45,117 nucleotides of DNA, taken from contig CAAGCR010000108.1 in assembly GCA_900768425.1 (NCBI GenBank), positions 1-45,117 on the forward strand, written 5' to 3'. This document shows positions 7,920-18,440 of the stretch, piece after piece. Every line of letters starts with the position of its first letter. The first letter of the stretch is position 1. Under the pieces are notes generated by a model. The model was not told where the DNA came from. It worked only from the letters and a program-made list of their open reading frames with translations, and made no database searches. The stretch comes from Clostridia bacterium (lineage in GTDB: Bacteria > Bacillota > Clostridia > Christensenellales > UBA1242). A program made the translations under genes and the position numbers.

Positions 7920-8525
7920 GTGTATATTTTATCACAAGTGCTAGTTGGCATATCGGATGTTTTTTGCGTAATGTCAATGCTTAGCAAACAAAAAAAGAAT
8001 ATTGTTATTTTATTAGTTTTATCAACGTTGTTGTTTTCTTTGCATTATATATGTCTTGGCGGTTGGACTGGGGCAGGCGTAGGTGGTATAGAAATTATCT
8101 TTTTACTTTTAATGTATTTGCTAGAAATTAAAGATAAAACAAAATACAATGTTTATTTATCCATTGCCACAATTATTATTACAGTCATTGTTTCAATAAT
8201 TACTTGGAGTTCTTGGATTTCGGTTTTGCCTATGATAGGTATGGTTGCGTATTTATTTTTAATGATGTTTAAAAATGTTATGATAGTAAAATCGGGTGCA
8301 TTAGTAAGATTTGTCTTTAACGGGACATATATGATTTTGTTAAAGTCCTATGTTGGTGCGGGTTTAAGTTTGGTTATTTTAGGTTTTACAATTTATGGTA
8401 TTGTAAAAGACTATAAAGAAAAAAGACAAAATAACAGCATTAAAGAAAAGGAAAGTATAAGTACAGAAAGCGACACAAAAAATATAAGTGTTCAAGAAGA
8501 ATACTTGAACGCGAATGACAAATAA
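7920..8525 (+). CDS. Polytopic inner-membrane protein (YgjV-like), function unknown
   Basis: Five to six hydrophobic helices. The GTG at 7920 has a GAGAGAGG SD 6 nt upstream. The start remains uncertain. Confidence 0.5.
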   Translation: MYILSQVLVGISDVFCVMSMLSKQKKNIVILLVLSTLLFSLHYICLGGWTGAGVGGIEIIFLLLMYLLEIKDKTKYNVYLSIATIIITVIVSIITWSSWISVLPMIGMVAYLFLMMFKNVMIVKSGALVRFVFNGTYMILLKSYVGAGLSLVILGFTIYGIVKDYKEKRQNNSIKEKESISTESDTKNISVQEEYLNANDK

Positions 8526-8742
8526 TATGGTTGTTAAAAAAATATACTAAACTTAGTATTGTAAAACGATTTTTGATTGAAAAAAGATAAAACAATTAAA
8601 GATTCTTACATTTGCATAAAGATTAATATATTAAAGAAAAATATTTTTGTGGAATTAATTAAGTTTATATAATTAAAAAAAGCAAAATTCAAAATGAGAT
8701 AAACTCAAAAATGAATTTTGTTTTTTTAAATTAATCTTTTAA

Positions 8743-9168
8743 TTATTCTTTTTCTTTAACAACTTTGTGTGCAAGGAAATTCCAAACTGCATCTGCAACT
8801 GTTAAAATTAACATAATTACAACTGCCCAATGTGTCGTTTCAAAGTATTTTAATAATAAAATAAAGAATACTAGAACAAGCACTGCAAGAACAACTCCAA
8901 GAATCTTAGCAACTAGGTTTGTCTTAACAATTCCAAAAATCATTAATGTTCCAATTACAATATTTGCAATAGAAACAAAGAACATAAGCATAGGAACAAG
9001 GTAGAATACTGCGGTCATAAAACCATCAGCAAATATTTCACCTAAATGTCCCATTAATGGAAGAAAAAAGTAAGAGCCTTCAAAAGCGAAAATTCCTAGC
9101 ACAAGCATTAATACGTCCAAGCCAGCGAAAATTCCGCCTAGTAAAAGATTTTTCTTGTCAATTTTCAT
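8743..9168 (-). CDS. Small four-helix membrane protein, unknown function
   Basis: 141 aa and almost entirely hydrophobic, with a GGGG-type SD upstream. Confidence 0.55.
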   Translation of the reverse strand: MKIDKKNLLLGGIFAGLDVLMLVLGIFAFEGSYFFLPLMGHLGEIFADGFMTAVFYLVPMLMFFVSIANIVIGTLMIFGIVKTNLVAKILGVVLAVLVLVFFILLLKYFETTHWAVVIMLILTVADAVWNFLAHKVVKEKE

Positions 9169-9570
9169 ATTTACCCCGCCCTAGGGGTATAATACTCCAT
9201 TAAACGATAAAATATCTACTTATATGACATAATATACAAAAAACATTATTTTGTCGGTTAATTATAAAAACAAACAAAAAGTTTGTGGTGTTAATTCGCT
9301 TGGTTTTAGAATAAATATATGTTTTTGTAGTGTGTAATCTTATAAAACAATATATCAAAAAACGATAAAATTGAAAAAATATTATGTTTTTGGTGCAAAT
9401 ATTCGCAACAAGAATAATAAAACCTATAAAATTTTGTAAATTTTTTATCTAAGTTGTGAAAATTTATATACAGATTTGAAAATTTTATGTTAATATATAA
9501 TTGAATAGTTGCAAAGAAACTCAAAACTAAACTCCACTTATGCAACTTAAAAATAAAAAGGAGAATGACT

Positions 9571-11085
9571 ATGTTAAAGAAAAAAAATTATAAATTGGCA
9601 GTTTTTATACTATTTGCCATTATACCAATGATTCTATTATTGTCAGCGTGCGGAGAAAAGTCTCCAAAATATTACTATTTCACAGTTGATGCACTTCCTT
9701 CACATATTTTAGAAGTTACAGTTCAAAATACAACTGGTGGCTATGGTTCAGATAGTAAAGGAAAATTCTTAGGAAAGGGTGATGTTGCTGAAATTAGATT
9801 TTTTATTGAAGAAGGATACAACCTTGGAACTTTGAAAGTTTTAAGCAATGGTGAAGAACTTACTATTACAGAAGAAGAAGGCGAATATGCCTATAAAGCA
9901 ACTTTCACACCAACAAAAGACTTTGCGATCACATTTACTGGGGCTGTTGCACCAAAAGTTGCAAACGTTCGTCTTGCAGTTGGAGATATGCTGTATCCAA
10001 GCTATCATGACAGAATTATGGTTGAAATTGACAGATATGATTTATTTGGACTTGAAAAAGGAAAAATGAGTTTTACAGAATTTAAGGCAGCTGTTAGTTC
10101 ACCTGCTCAAACAAACTATGATACGCCAATTACTGTTTCAGTTTATACAGTTGGCGCATATAATTTTGCAATTTCAAAACAAAATAGTGTTCGCATTTTG
10201 AATAATGACGGCTATACAAACATTGGTTATAATGAGCAAGTTGAAAACATTGTTGATGAAGAAAACCAAAAATATGGTTATAAACACACAATCAGATTTT
10301 CAGAAGATAATAAAATCACAATTGAAGACGCAGTTGTAGAAGAATATACAGTTGATTTTGTTCATGACTGGGATAAAGTTTCAATAAATAATGATTTGTT
10401 CACTCTTTCAGTGAATGGTGAAACTCGTGCCAAAAATTCAGGTTATTATTATATTCAAGGCGTTATCAAGTTCTCAGATTTCACAGGAACAGAACTTCCT
10501 AAACTTAAAATTGATTTCCTAAAATATGCAGATGAAAATTATAAAAACTATTATGATAATTTAACTTTTGATCTTGCTGGAACACAAGCACAAAGAAGTG
10601 CAGATGGCTCATACGTTGAGATTGAATTTGATAAATATTATAATTATAACTTTGAACACGAATGTTATATTGTTTCAACAAACGCGCTTGAACTTTTGAA
10701 AACAATGGATATGGTTACAGGAAAAAGTTCTCGCATTGTTGATAAAATTGAAATTAATGGAGATGAAGATTTCTCTCAATATGGTCATATTGTAATTCCC
10801 GAGTTGAATAATGACAAGTGTGTTGGGAGATCAAATGAAGGACTTGTGTGTTTCTTAAAAAATGAGTCTTTAACTTTCACAATTAATTTTTATAGTGAAG
10901 TTGATTATGAATATATTCGCTTTGGAGAAGTTGTTGTAAAGGTTAATAGCACTTGGAACTCAGATATTGTTGTAACAAAAGAACAATATGACTTTGATGG
11001 TGAAACAAAAGCAAGCCTATTTATAATCACAGTGCGAGCAAGTGTTCCAACTGAAAAGATAGAATTCTTTACAAATAATCCTTAA
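9571..11085 (+). CDS. Lipoprotein, unknown function
   Basis: Signal peptide with lipobox LLSAC. The ATG at 9571 is 7 nt after AAAGGAG, whereas the track ATG 9565 is too close to the SD. Confidence 0.65.
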   Translation: MLKKKNYKLAVFILFAIIPMILLLSACGEKSPKYYYFTVDALPSHILEVTVQNTTGGYGSDSKGKFLGKGDVAEIRFFIEEGYNLGTLKVLSNGEELTITEEEGEYAYKATFTPTKDFAITFTGAVAPKVANVRLAVGDMLYPSYHDRIMVEIDRYDLFGLEKGKMSFTEFKAAVSSPAQTNYDTPITVSVYTVGAYNFAISKQNSVRILNNDGYTNIGYNEQVENIVDEENQKYGYKHTIRFSEDNKITIEDAVVEEYTVDFVHDWDKVSINNDLFTLSVNGETRAKNSGYYYIQGVIKFSDFTGTELPKLKIDFLKYADENYKNYYDNLTFDLAGTQAQRSADGSYVEIEFDKYYNYNFEHECYIVSTNALELLKTMDMVTGKSSRIVDKIEINGDEDFSQYGHIVIPELNNDKCVGRSNEGLVCFLKNESLTFTINFYSEVDYEYIRFGEVVVKVNSTWNSDIVVTKEQYDFDGETKASLFIITVRASVPTEKIEFFTNNP

Positions 11086-11148
11086 TAATTATTGCACTTT
11101 AATTTGATAAATTTTTAAACTTATAAAACAATAAAAGAGGAAATATAA

Positions 11149-11304
11149 ATGTATAAAACAGAACTAATAGGCTACACTCCAGTAGCAAAGAAGATGGCAA
11201 AGAAAATTGAAGACAAGTGTAACGAAATGGAAAAAGAAGGATATGTTTTAATTTCCACAACAATCACACTTGGAGCAAAAGGTATTTTAATTTTTAAGAA
11301 ATAA
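11149..11304 (+). CDS. Small 51-aa protein (MYKTELIGYTPVAKKMAKKIEDKCNEMEKEGYVLISTTITLGAKGILIFKK), unknown function
   Basis: It is not in the ORF track because it is under 60 aa. It has an AAAGAGG SD 8 nt upstream and sits between two lipoprotein genes. Confidence 0.5.
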   Translation: MYKTELIGYTPVAKKMAKKIEDKCNEMEKEGYVLISTTITLGAKGILIFKK

Positions 11305-11356
11305 TAAAAAATGTAAATATAAAAAATTATAATTATGACAATATAAAGGAACATAT

Positions 11357-11992
11357 ATGAAAACAAAAAACAAAATTTTTAGTTTAATAATGATAGTATT
11401 ACTAATTATTCCAGCAATGTTTTTCTTATCTGCTTGTGGTGATAAGGGGAATAATGGTTCGGGTGGAAATACCAACTTACACGATAGTTCTAAATGGTTT
11501 ACCGAAACCGAGTTGTCCGCAGTTGGATTATCTAATTTAACAGCGCCAACTGGTCTTAACGGCACAATATCTTCTAGTGACTCTTGGTTTAATGATGGTT
11601 ATTCATTTTCGCAACCTTGTGATAATGCTGACCTATTAGAACAGAATGCTGAAATTTATCTTAATTATTTCAAAACTAATTATGATGGGTATTTTGGACA
11701 TATCTCTAACAATGGTGTAAAATATGGCGAAAACAAAACATGGTATATCTTGGAACAAAGTAACTCATTAATTGATTATTTCGGTGACAATCCAAGTAAA
11801 CTTTATAAATTTTACTATGTTACAAACCACGATACAGACGAAGAAGGATATTTTGTTAAAAACGCGGTTTATACTTTTGAAATTAGATATGAATTTAGTA
11901 CCTCGACAAATCAATATATGTTCAAACTTTTCATAGAGAAGGCAGATACATCATTGAATGGAGTATATTCATATTACTATAAAATGAAATAA
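11357..11992 (+). CDS. Lipoprotein, unknown function
   Basis: Signal peptide with lipobox FLSAC, followed by a Gly/Asn-rich linker. Confidence 0.65.
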   Translation: MKTKNKIFSLIMIVLLIIPAMFFLSACGDKGNNGSGGNTNLHDSSKWFTETELSAVGLSNLTAPTGLNGTISSSDSWFNDGYSFSQPCDNADLLEQNAEIYLNYFKTNYDGYFGHISNNGVKYGENKTWYILEQSNSLIDYFGDNPSKLYKFYYVTNHDTDEEGYFVKNAVYTFEIRYEFSTSTNQYMFKLFIEKADTSLNGVYSYYYKMK

Positions 11993-12221
11993 TTTTGTTA
12001 AATACAATTTAAACATTTATAAGAGGCTATAAAGAAATTATGTAAAGGACAATTTCTTTATAGCTCTTTTTATTACAAAAATATAAAAAAGATACATTAC
12101 GGTAAAATAATAGCTTTCGTACCTTATCTCGTATTAAGGTATTTTATTCAAATTTTTTTTTGGGGGTAAAAATATGTTTTGTTGTATGTTTTTTGTGCTA
12201 TTTTATTTGAATCTCTTGATA

Positions 12222-12253
12222 TAAAAAAATCGGCAAGGTTTGCCGATTTTTTT
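12222..12253. terminator. Bidirectional rho-independent terminator
   Basis: AAAAAAA-ATCGGCAA-GGT-TTGCCGAT-TTTTTT, immediately 3' of the tRNA on the minus strand. Confidence 0.75.
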
Positions 12254-12330
12254 TGGTGCGCCGTGAGGAGTTCGAATCCCCAACCTTTGGTTCCGTAGAC
12301 CAACGCTCTATCCAATTGAGCTAACAGCGC
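12254..12330 (-). tRNA. tRNA-Arg (anticodon ACG), CCA encoded
   Basis: I folded the reverse complement GCGCTGTTAGCTCAATTGGATAGAGCGTTGGTCTACGGAACCAAAGGTTGGGGATTCGAACTCCTCACGGCGCACCA by hand. It gives a 7-bp acceptor stem, a D arm, the anticodon loop CTACGGA and a T arm with TTCGAAC. Confidence 0.9.
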
Positions 12331-12350
12331 ATATTTAATTAACGAATAAA

Positions 12351-12379
12351 ATTATACAACTTTAATTTGGCTTTGTCAA
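12351..12379 (-). promoter_or_regulatory. Consensus promoter TTGACA-17-TATAAT for the tRNA
   Basis: Perfect hexamers on the minus strand. The -10 ends about 20 nt upstream of the tRNA 5' end. Confidence 0.7.
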
Positions 12380-12540
12380 TAAAAATATGCTAAGTTTTAA
12401 ATTTGAATGCATTTTAAATTTCTTAAGATAATATTTATGGTTAAAAGGTGAGTATGTCTTAAACTTTTGTCTTTATAGGCTATAAAAAATATCATCTCAA
12501 TATGTTTGAAAAAATTAAAACATTATGTTAAAATAGAAAT

Positions 12541-13509
12541 GTGAATTTTGAAAAACAAATTAAAAATTTAAAGGTGTATAGCGAATTCAAATCGGCTTTT
12601 ATGGCTGACAAATTAAGTCAGGCATATTTGTTTTTATGCCCTGATAGGCTGACAAATAAAATTTTGTTATTAGAACTTGCAAAACTTTTGCAGTGTGATA
12701 ATAACAACGCTTGTGAAATTTGTGATAATTGCGTTAAAATAACCGCCGGTACACATCCCGATGTTTTAGTCTTTCCTAAAGATAAAAACTTTATGGTTGA
12801 AGATGCTTCTACAATTTATGATAATGTTCAAGTAAAACCAATGCTCGCAAAATATAAAGTATTCATTATTAATGATTTAGATTTATCCACTGAACAGGCA
12901 CAAAACAAAATGCTAAAAATTCTTGAAGAGCCACCTAAAAATGTTGTTTTTTTAATGTCCGCAACCACACAAGATAAAGTGCTTTCAACAATTCTATCAC
13001 GCGTGCAAAAAATGACTTGTGATAAAATGGATAAGGAAAGTTTAAAAAAATTATTTTGCGAAACCGATTCAAATATTTTGCAAATAGCCATAAGTTTTGG
13101 TGATGGATATATTGGTAAAACTTTGGATATTATTAATAATCCTAACTTTATTGAAAATTATAAAAATATGGAAAATTTAATTGAAAATATGAAAAATAGT
13201 TCACAAATACCATATTTTTCACCATTTTTATTTAAAGATAAGGCAGTTTTTGAAAATAATTTAAAAATATTAAACAGTTTATTTCGTGATATGTTGATGA
13301 TTTCCTTAAACAAAGAAGAACTAATAAACAATTATTTTATAAAGGATAATTTGGAAAGTTGTATAGCGGAATATTCGGTTAATTGCTTATTACAAATTTT
13401 AAAAAGAATTAATAAAGTAAAACAAATGTTAGATAGCAATGTAAATTTAACTTTGCTTGCCGATAACTTTTTGTTTGATATATTGGAGATTAAATATTTA
13501 TGCAAATAA
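12541..13509 (+). CDS. holB: DNA polymerase III delta-prime subunit
   Basis: QAYLF box, Zn module C-x2-C-x2-C...HPD, and SRVQ (SRC-like) motif. The position upstream of ricT matches Bacillus. Confidence 0.8.
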   Translation: MNFEKQIKNLKVYSEFKSAFMADKLSQAYLFLCPDRLTNKILLLELAKLLQCDNNNACEICDNCVKITAGTHPDVLVFPKDKNFMVEDASTIYDNVQVKPMLAKYKVFIINDLDLSTEQAQNKMLKILEEPPKNVVFLMSATTQDKVLSTILSRVQKMTCDKMDKESLKKLFCETDSNILQIAISFGDGYIGKTLDIINNPNFIENYKNMENLIENMKNSSQIPYFSPFLFKDKAVFENNLKILNSLFRDMLMISLNKEELINNYFIKDNLESCIAEYSVNCLLQILKRINKVKQMLDSNVNLTLLADNFLFDILEIKYLCK

Positions 13510-14309
13510 AAGAAGTAAAAGTTTGCTTTACACAAAACGGTAAAGCGTATTCGTTTGATTGTTCAGATGTTTTTGTTCGCTATGGTCAACAAGTTTTGGT
13601 TGATACCATTAGGGGCATTGAAATAGGTACAATATGCTCAAAAGTAAGAACTCATGATGAGTCAGATTTTTCTGAGCCATTAAAAAAGGTGCTAAGAGTT
13701 GCATCTAAGGAAGATATAGAACAAAAAGAAAATAACAAAAAGAAAGAAGAAGAGATAAAAACAACTTGTGAAAGTTTGGCTAAAAAATTAAACTTAAATA
13801 TGAAAGTAGTATCTAGCGAACTTAACTTTGATGCATCTAAGGTGGTAATATCTTTCACATCTGAGCAAAGAGTAGATTTTAGAGAACTTGTAAAACAATT
13901 AGCAAGCAAATACAAAATGCGTATTGAATTAAAGCAATTAGACTCTCGCGAAGAAACCAAAGTTATGGGCGGTCTTGGACCTTGTGGCAGAGAATGTTGT
14001 TGCTCCAAATTTTTAAACGAGCCTTCTCATAGTAGTATAAAAATGGCAAAAACTCAGGGGCTTTCACTTAATCCAACAAGCATTAGCGGTCTTTGTGGTA
14101 AACTTAAATGTTGCTTAGCATACGAAAATGATTTTTATAATGAAGTGAGCAAAATAATGCCACGCCTTAACACAGAAGTTATAACACCAGATGGAAAGGG
14201 GTTAGTCATTTACAATAATCTTTTAAAACAACAGGTGAGCGTAAAATTTTTAAATCCAGATGGCTCACAAAGCATAAGAGATTATGAAGTTAAAGACTTA
14301 AAATTTTAG
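13500..14309 (+). CDS. ricT: PSP1-domain protein RicT/YaaT
   Basis: PSP1 C-terminal domain with the cysteine cluster GPCGRECCCSKFL...LCGKLKCCL. Confidence 0.85.
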   Translation: MQIKEVKVCFTQNGKAYSFDCSDVFVRYGQQVLVDTIRGIEIGTICSKVRTHDESDFSEPLKKVLRVASKEDIEQKENNKKKEEEIKTTCESLAKKLNLNMKVVSSELNFDASKVVISFTSEQRVDFRELVKQLASKYKMRIELKQLDSREETKVMGGLGPCGRECCCSKFLNEPSHSSIKMAKTQGLSLNPTSISGLCGKLKCCLAYENDFYNEVSKIMPRLNTEVITPDGKGLVIYNNLLKQQVSVKFLNPDGSQSIRDYEVKDLKF

Positions 14310-14312
14310 AGT

Positions 14313-15068
14313 ATGGAAGAAATAAAACTTAATTCAAATGAAAGGTTAGATGACTTACAGTTGGGCGGTTTAAAAATAATTCAAAAGGTCGGTGGTTATG
14401 GTTTCACAAGCGACTCTGTTTTGCTTGCAAATTTTGTAAAAGCAAAAAAATTAGATGTTTGTGTAGAGATAGGTGCTGGCTGTGGTATAATTTCTATTCT
14501 TGTAAACTATAAACAAAAACCAGCAAAAATTTTTGCGTATGAACTACAAAAATCACAATGTGAACTTTTTTCTCGCAATGTGCAAATTTGTAATATGTGT
14601 GACAGTATTGAGATAATCAACGACAAAGTCCAAAATTACAAAAAGCATACAAAAGAAGGCAGTGCAGATATTGTCTTTTCTAATCCGCCATATTTCAAAT
14701 ATGATGAAAAAGTTTGCGGAGAAATTAGCGAAAAAGTGTTAAGTCGTTTTGATAAAGAATTGCCATTGAAAGATTTATTTTTATCAGTTAGCAAAATGTT
14801 AAAGTTTGGTGGTAAATTTTATTTTATATATGACTCAGATAGATTAGATGATTGCATTTTAACAATGAAAAATTATAACCTTATTCCAAAACAAATATAT
14901 TTTATTCATCCAAATCAAACCAAAAATTCAACCACATTTTTGTGCTTGGCAACTTTGGGCGGGAAACAAAGCCTAAAAATAATGCCACCTATTTTTACAA
15001 ATGATTTTGATGGCAATTATATAGAAACATTACAAAAATTATTTAACACAGAAAATAAAAATAATTAA
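14313..15068 (+). CDS. SAM-dependent N6-adenine methyltransferase (YabB/TrmN6-like)
   Basis: SAM-binding EIGAGCG and catalytic NPPY (FSNPPYF). Confidence 0.75.
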   Translation: MEEIKLNSNERLDDLQLGGLKIIQKVGGYGFTSDSVLLANFVKAKKLDVCVEIGAGCGIISILVNYKQKPAKIFAYELQKSQCELFSRNVQICNMCDSIEIINDKVQNYKKHTKEGSADIVFSNPPYFKYDEKVCGEISEKVLSRFDKELPLKDLFLSVSKMLKFGGKFYFIYDSDRLDDCILTMKNYNLIPKQIYFIHPNQTKNSTTFLCLATLGGKQSLKIMPPIFTNDFDGNYIETLQKLFNTENKNN

Positions 15069-15274
15069 TAAAAAAATAAATTAAAATTATTATAATTGAT
15101 TAATATTTAATAAAAAACAATAATTTTTTGTTTGTTTTTAATTCTTCTTGTATTTGAATTGTATTTATGTGTTATTTTTAAATATTTTAAATAATAAATA
15201 AAATATTAAAAATTTTTTGAAAAGTTTTTCCAAGAAAAAAACAAAAAACAAATATAAACCAAAAAGGATAAATT

Positions 15275-16081
15275 ATGCTATATTTTGTTGCAACGCCAAT
15301 AGGCAACTTAAAAGATATTTCTTATAGAGCAATAGAAGTTTTAAACTCTGTTGATGTTATTGCGTGTGAAGATACTCGCAATTCATTAAAGTTATTAAAC
15401 TATTACAACATTCATAAAAAACTTATTGCGTATCATAAATACAACGAAGAAAATTCAAGTGAAGGTATAATTGCTTTATTAAATGAAGGTAAAGATGTCG
15501 CAATTATAAGTGATGCCGGTATGCCGGTAATTTCCGACCCAGGTGAAACAATCATTAAAAAGTTAAGAGAAAACAATATTGATTATACTGTTATACCAGG
15601 TGCAAATGCTGGGTTATGTGCTTTAATTTTAAGCGGGCTAGATGCAGGTCGTTTTACGTTTGTCGGCTTTTTGCCAGATGATAAGAAGATGCGAGAAAAT
15701 TTGCTTGCCGAAATTAAAGATTATAAAACAACCCTTTTGTTCTATGTTGCCCCACACGATGTAATTTCTGTGTGTGAAAAGTTATACAATGTTTTAGGGA
15801 AAAGAAAGGCAGTGCTAGTAAACGAAATTACCAAAATGTACGAAAAAACTTTTAATTTTAACCTAGGTGATGAAATAAATTTTGAACCTAAGGGTGAATA
15901 TGTTTTAGTAGTGGAAGGAAGCAAAAAAATAGAAGTCAACGATTTAAAAAGTCTATCAATTAAAGACCATTTGTTATACTATATAAACTTAGGCGAAACC
16001 AAAGCTGATGCAATAAAAAAGGTCGCCAAAGAACGCGGAGTTAATAAAAACGAAGTGTATCAAGTAGCAATAGATTTATAA
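15275..16081 (+). CDS. rsmI: 16S rRNA (cytidine1402-2'-O)-methyltransferase
   Basis: The N-terminus LYFVATPIGNLKDIS...CEDTR and the SDAGMP motif are typical of RsmI. Confidence 0.85.
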   Translation: MLYFVATPIGNLKDISYRAIEVLNSVDVIACEDTRNSLKLLNYYNIHKKLIAYHKYNEENSSEGIIALLNEGKDVAIISDAGMPVISDPGETIIKKLRENNIDYTVIPGANAGLCALILSGLDAGRFTFVGFLPDDKKMRENLLAEIKDYKTTLLFYVAPHDVISVCEKLYNVLGKRKAVLVNEITKMYEKTFNFNLGDEINFEPKGEYVLVVEGSKKIEVNDLKSLSIKDHLLYYINLGETKADAIKKVAKERGVNKNEVYQVAIDL

Positions 16082-16220
16082 CGATATTAAAAGGTTTTGC
16101 ATTATAACTTTATTTGTTAATAAAAATTATCTGTTTAATATATATCACTCTTGCAAAATCTTTAAAAGTGTGATATATTTTCTTTATAAAATAAAATTTA
16201 TAAAATAAAAGGGGCAAATA

Positions 16221-17114
16221 ATGAAAAAGTTTTTTAAACTATTAATAGCATTAGTCTTAATCACTGGGCTTTCCGTTGGTGCATTCTTTGTTTTTAAAAA
16301 CAAAGATAATAGCAAAAATGTGTACAACAATGTTTATGAACTAACCTATAATGTTAAAGATAAAAACAAAAATATAACCAAAAGCGTTGATGATGCTGTC
16401 AATAATATGCTTACCGTAATAAGCGAAAAAGGCTTAGATGTCGGGGATGCTAAAAACACTTTGGTAACATTCAAAAATCTAAGTGAAAACTATGCACTAA
16501 TTAGAGATGAAATTTTGGCAAGTGGTGATTTTGTAACAGCAAACACACAAGTTAATGATTACATAAACAATGCAGGCAAAGCATTGAAAAATGTTAAGAA
16601 TGTTTATAGAGAATCTTATGACTATCTTGTTAAAACTTATTATAAAATAGTAGACACTGACTACAATAAAGAAACAATGAAAACATATATCATTAACTTT
16701 GAAGTTATTTTCAAAGATATTTTAACAGATTATAACAACTTTTATTATAACTGTGGTGTTGCATATTCACATTTGCTTAATAATATGATGACAAAAAATA
16801 ATGCATATAAGTTGCAAATTGAATATCTTTCAACTTTGGTGAATAACTATTATTCAGCTACAGATGCAGAAAAAACAACATATATTTCGTTAATTAATAA
16901 TTGTGGAAGTTATTTGAACACAGACTTAATGAATGAGTACTTTGAAAATAAGTCAGTATATGATAACTTAATTGATAATTCAATTTCTTTAAATGTTCCT
17001 TTATTGTGTGAAAAACTTGTTGCGGGCGAAAAAGATGCCTACATAGCTTCACTAGAAGATGAAACTACAAAACAAATGGTAACAAATTATTTTAGCAAGG
17101 TAGTAAGGGGGTAA
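16221..17114 (+). CDS. Signal-anchored, N/Y/K-rich helical protein, unknown function
   Basis: N-terminal TM helix and a good SD. I recognise no motif. Confidence 0.5.
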   Translation: MKKFFKLLIALVLITGLSVGAFFVFKNKDNSKNVYNNVYELTYNVKDKNKNITKSVDDAVNNMLTVISEKGLDVGDAKNTLVTFKNLSENYALIRDEILASGDFVTANTQVNDYINNAGKALKNVKNVYRESYDYLVKTYYKIVDTDYNKETMKTYIINFEVIFKDILTDYNNFYYNCGVAYSHLLNNMMTKNNAYKLQIEYLSTLVNNYYSATDAEKTTYISLINNCGSYLNTDLMNEYFENKSVYDNLIDNSISLNVPLLCEKLVAGEKDAYIASLEDETTKQMVTNYFSKVVRG

Positions 17115-17119
17115 ATGTT

Positions 17120-18184
17120 ATGAAAAAAATTATTTTATCTTTATTATTGATTATTTGTTGCGGGTTTTGCTTTGCCGGTTGTAAAGAAAATCTACCGGAA
17201 AATTATTACACCATAACGGGTGAAGAGTTGACTACTTTTTTCGCAAGTGAAGACTTTACAAAATCTTTAAGTTATGACTTTTCGGCAGAACTAGAAAAAC
17301 TCATGGCAAAAGATTATGCAAAAAATTATGCCGAATTAAAAAACATCTATGCTCCTTTGTATGAACAAACAATATATTGTGCAACCAAATATGCAAATGT
17401 TTTTGTAAAAGGTACAATGCCAACAAATGATAGTGACAAACTTAAAGAATATTTTAGAAATATAAACTCAGATATAGAGAGTTTTAAAAGAGAAGTTTCG
17501 CTATTTAACACAAATAGAGCAAATTACGAAAGCTATATTAACTTTGCAGATGATGAAGCAAAATCAAAAACCGAAATTGAAAAGGCAAGACTAAACAGAT
17601 TTAAACAAGCCTACTTAAGTTTGTTAAATAAAGCGTACAGCTTGTCAGAAAACATCTTTATGGCATACAACGAAGGTTATAATAGTTTTATAAATGTTGA
17701 AACAACTTCTTCGGCAAATTTAGAACCATATTTAATAGAAATCAATCTAAAACTTGCACTAAATGGCTCAAATTTACAACTTGCTAATTCAGCAATAAAA
17801 ACCTTGCAAGTATATTTAAATAAAGAAGTAAACAATGAATATGACAAACTTTGGGCAAGTTCGGTAAACTTCTTCACCGACACTGTAAAAGTTGCATACA
17901 ATATGACAGAAGATGATTTCAAAGCAATCAATGCCGATGAAATGTTTAATAAGTTTAAAGTTTGGAAAGGTGTTTATGATGTTTTTTCATCTGATGCAAA
18001 AACCTTTAACGATATTGTATCTGACATAAAGTTAGATGTCCTAAAAAAATATAACTACGACACAAAGAAATATGCAGAAGTAACAAATGACAAAGCAAAC
18101 GAAGGCAAGGCAAATTTCTTCTTGTCATATTACAAAAACATTGAAAAACTAAACACTTATGCTTTAAACTTAATTAATAATTAA
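17120..18184 (+). CDS. Lipoprotein, helical, unknown function
   Basis: Lipobox FAGC. It is translationally coupled to the preceding gene (5-nt gap). Confidence 0.55.
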   Translation: MKKIILSLLLIICCGFCFAGCKENLPENYYTITGEELTTFFASEDFTKSLSYDFSAELEKLMAKDYAKNYAELKNIYAPLYEQTIYCATKYANVFVKGTMPTNDSDKLKEYFRNINSDIESFKREVSLFNTNRANYESYINFADDEAKSKTEIEKARLNRFKQAYLSLLNKAYSLSENIFMAYNEGYNSFINVETTSSANLEPYLIEINLKLALNGSNLQLANSAIKTLQVYLNKEVNNEYDKLWASSVNFFTDTVKVAYNMTEDDFKAINADEMFNKFKVWKGVYDVFSSDAKTFNDIVSDIKLDVLKKYNYDTKKYAEVTNDKANEGKANFFLSYYKNIEKLNTYALNLINN

Positions 18185-18440
18185 AGTTTTATAAAATTTT
18201 TAAAAGAGTATTTATAAAGTTATGAAAAAGTAATTTTTAAAAAATACTCTTTTTTTATTGCATTTTTTGTTAAATTGTTTTACTTTTTATATCATTTAAT
18301 GCAATAATTAAAAGTAAAACATTTCATTAATTTATTTTTTTACAAAAATGGCAAAATATCTATAAATAAAGGATTTGTAAACTCTTTGTTGCTTTACTTT
18401 TGTAAAAAAATATGTTATAGTTAAATCAATAGGTGAGATT

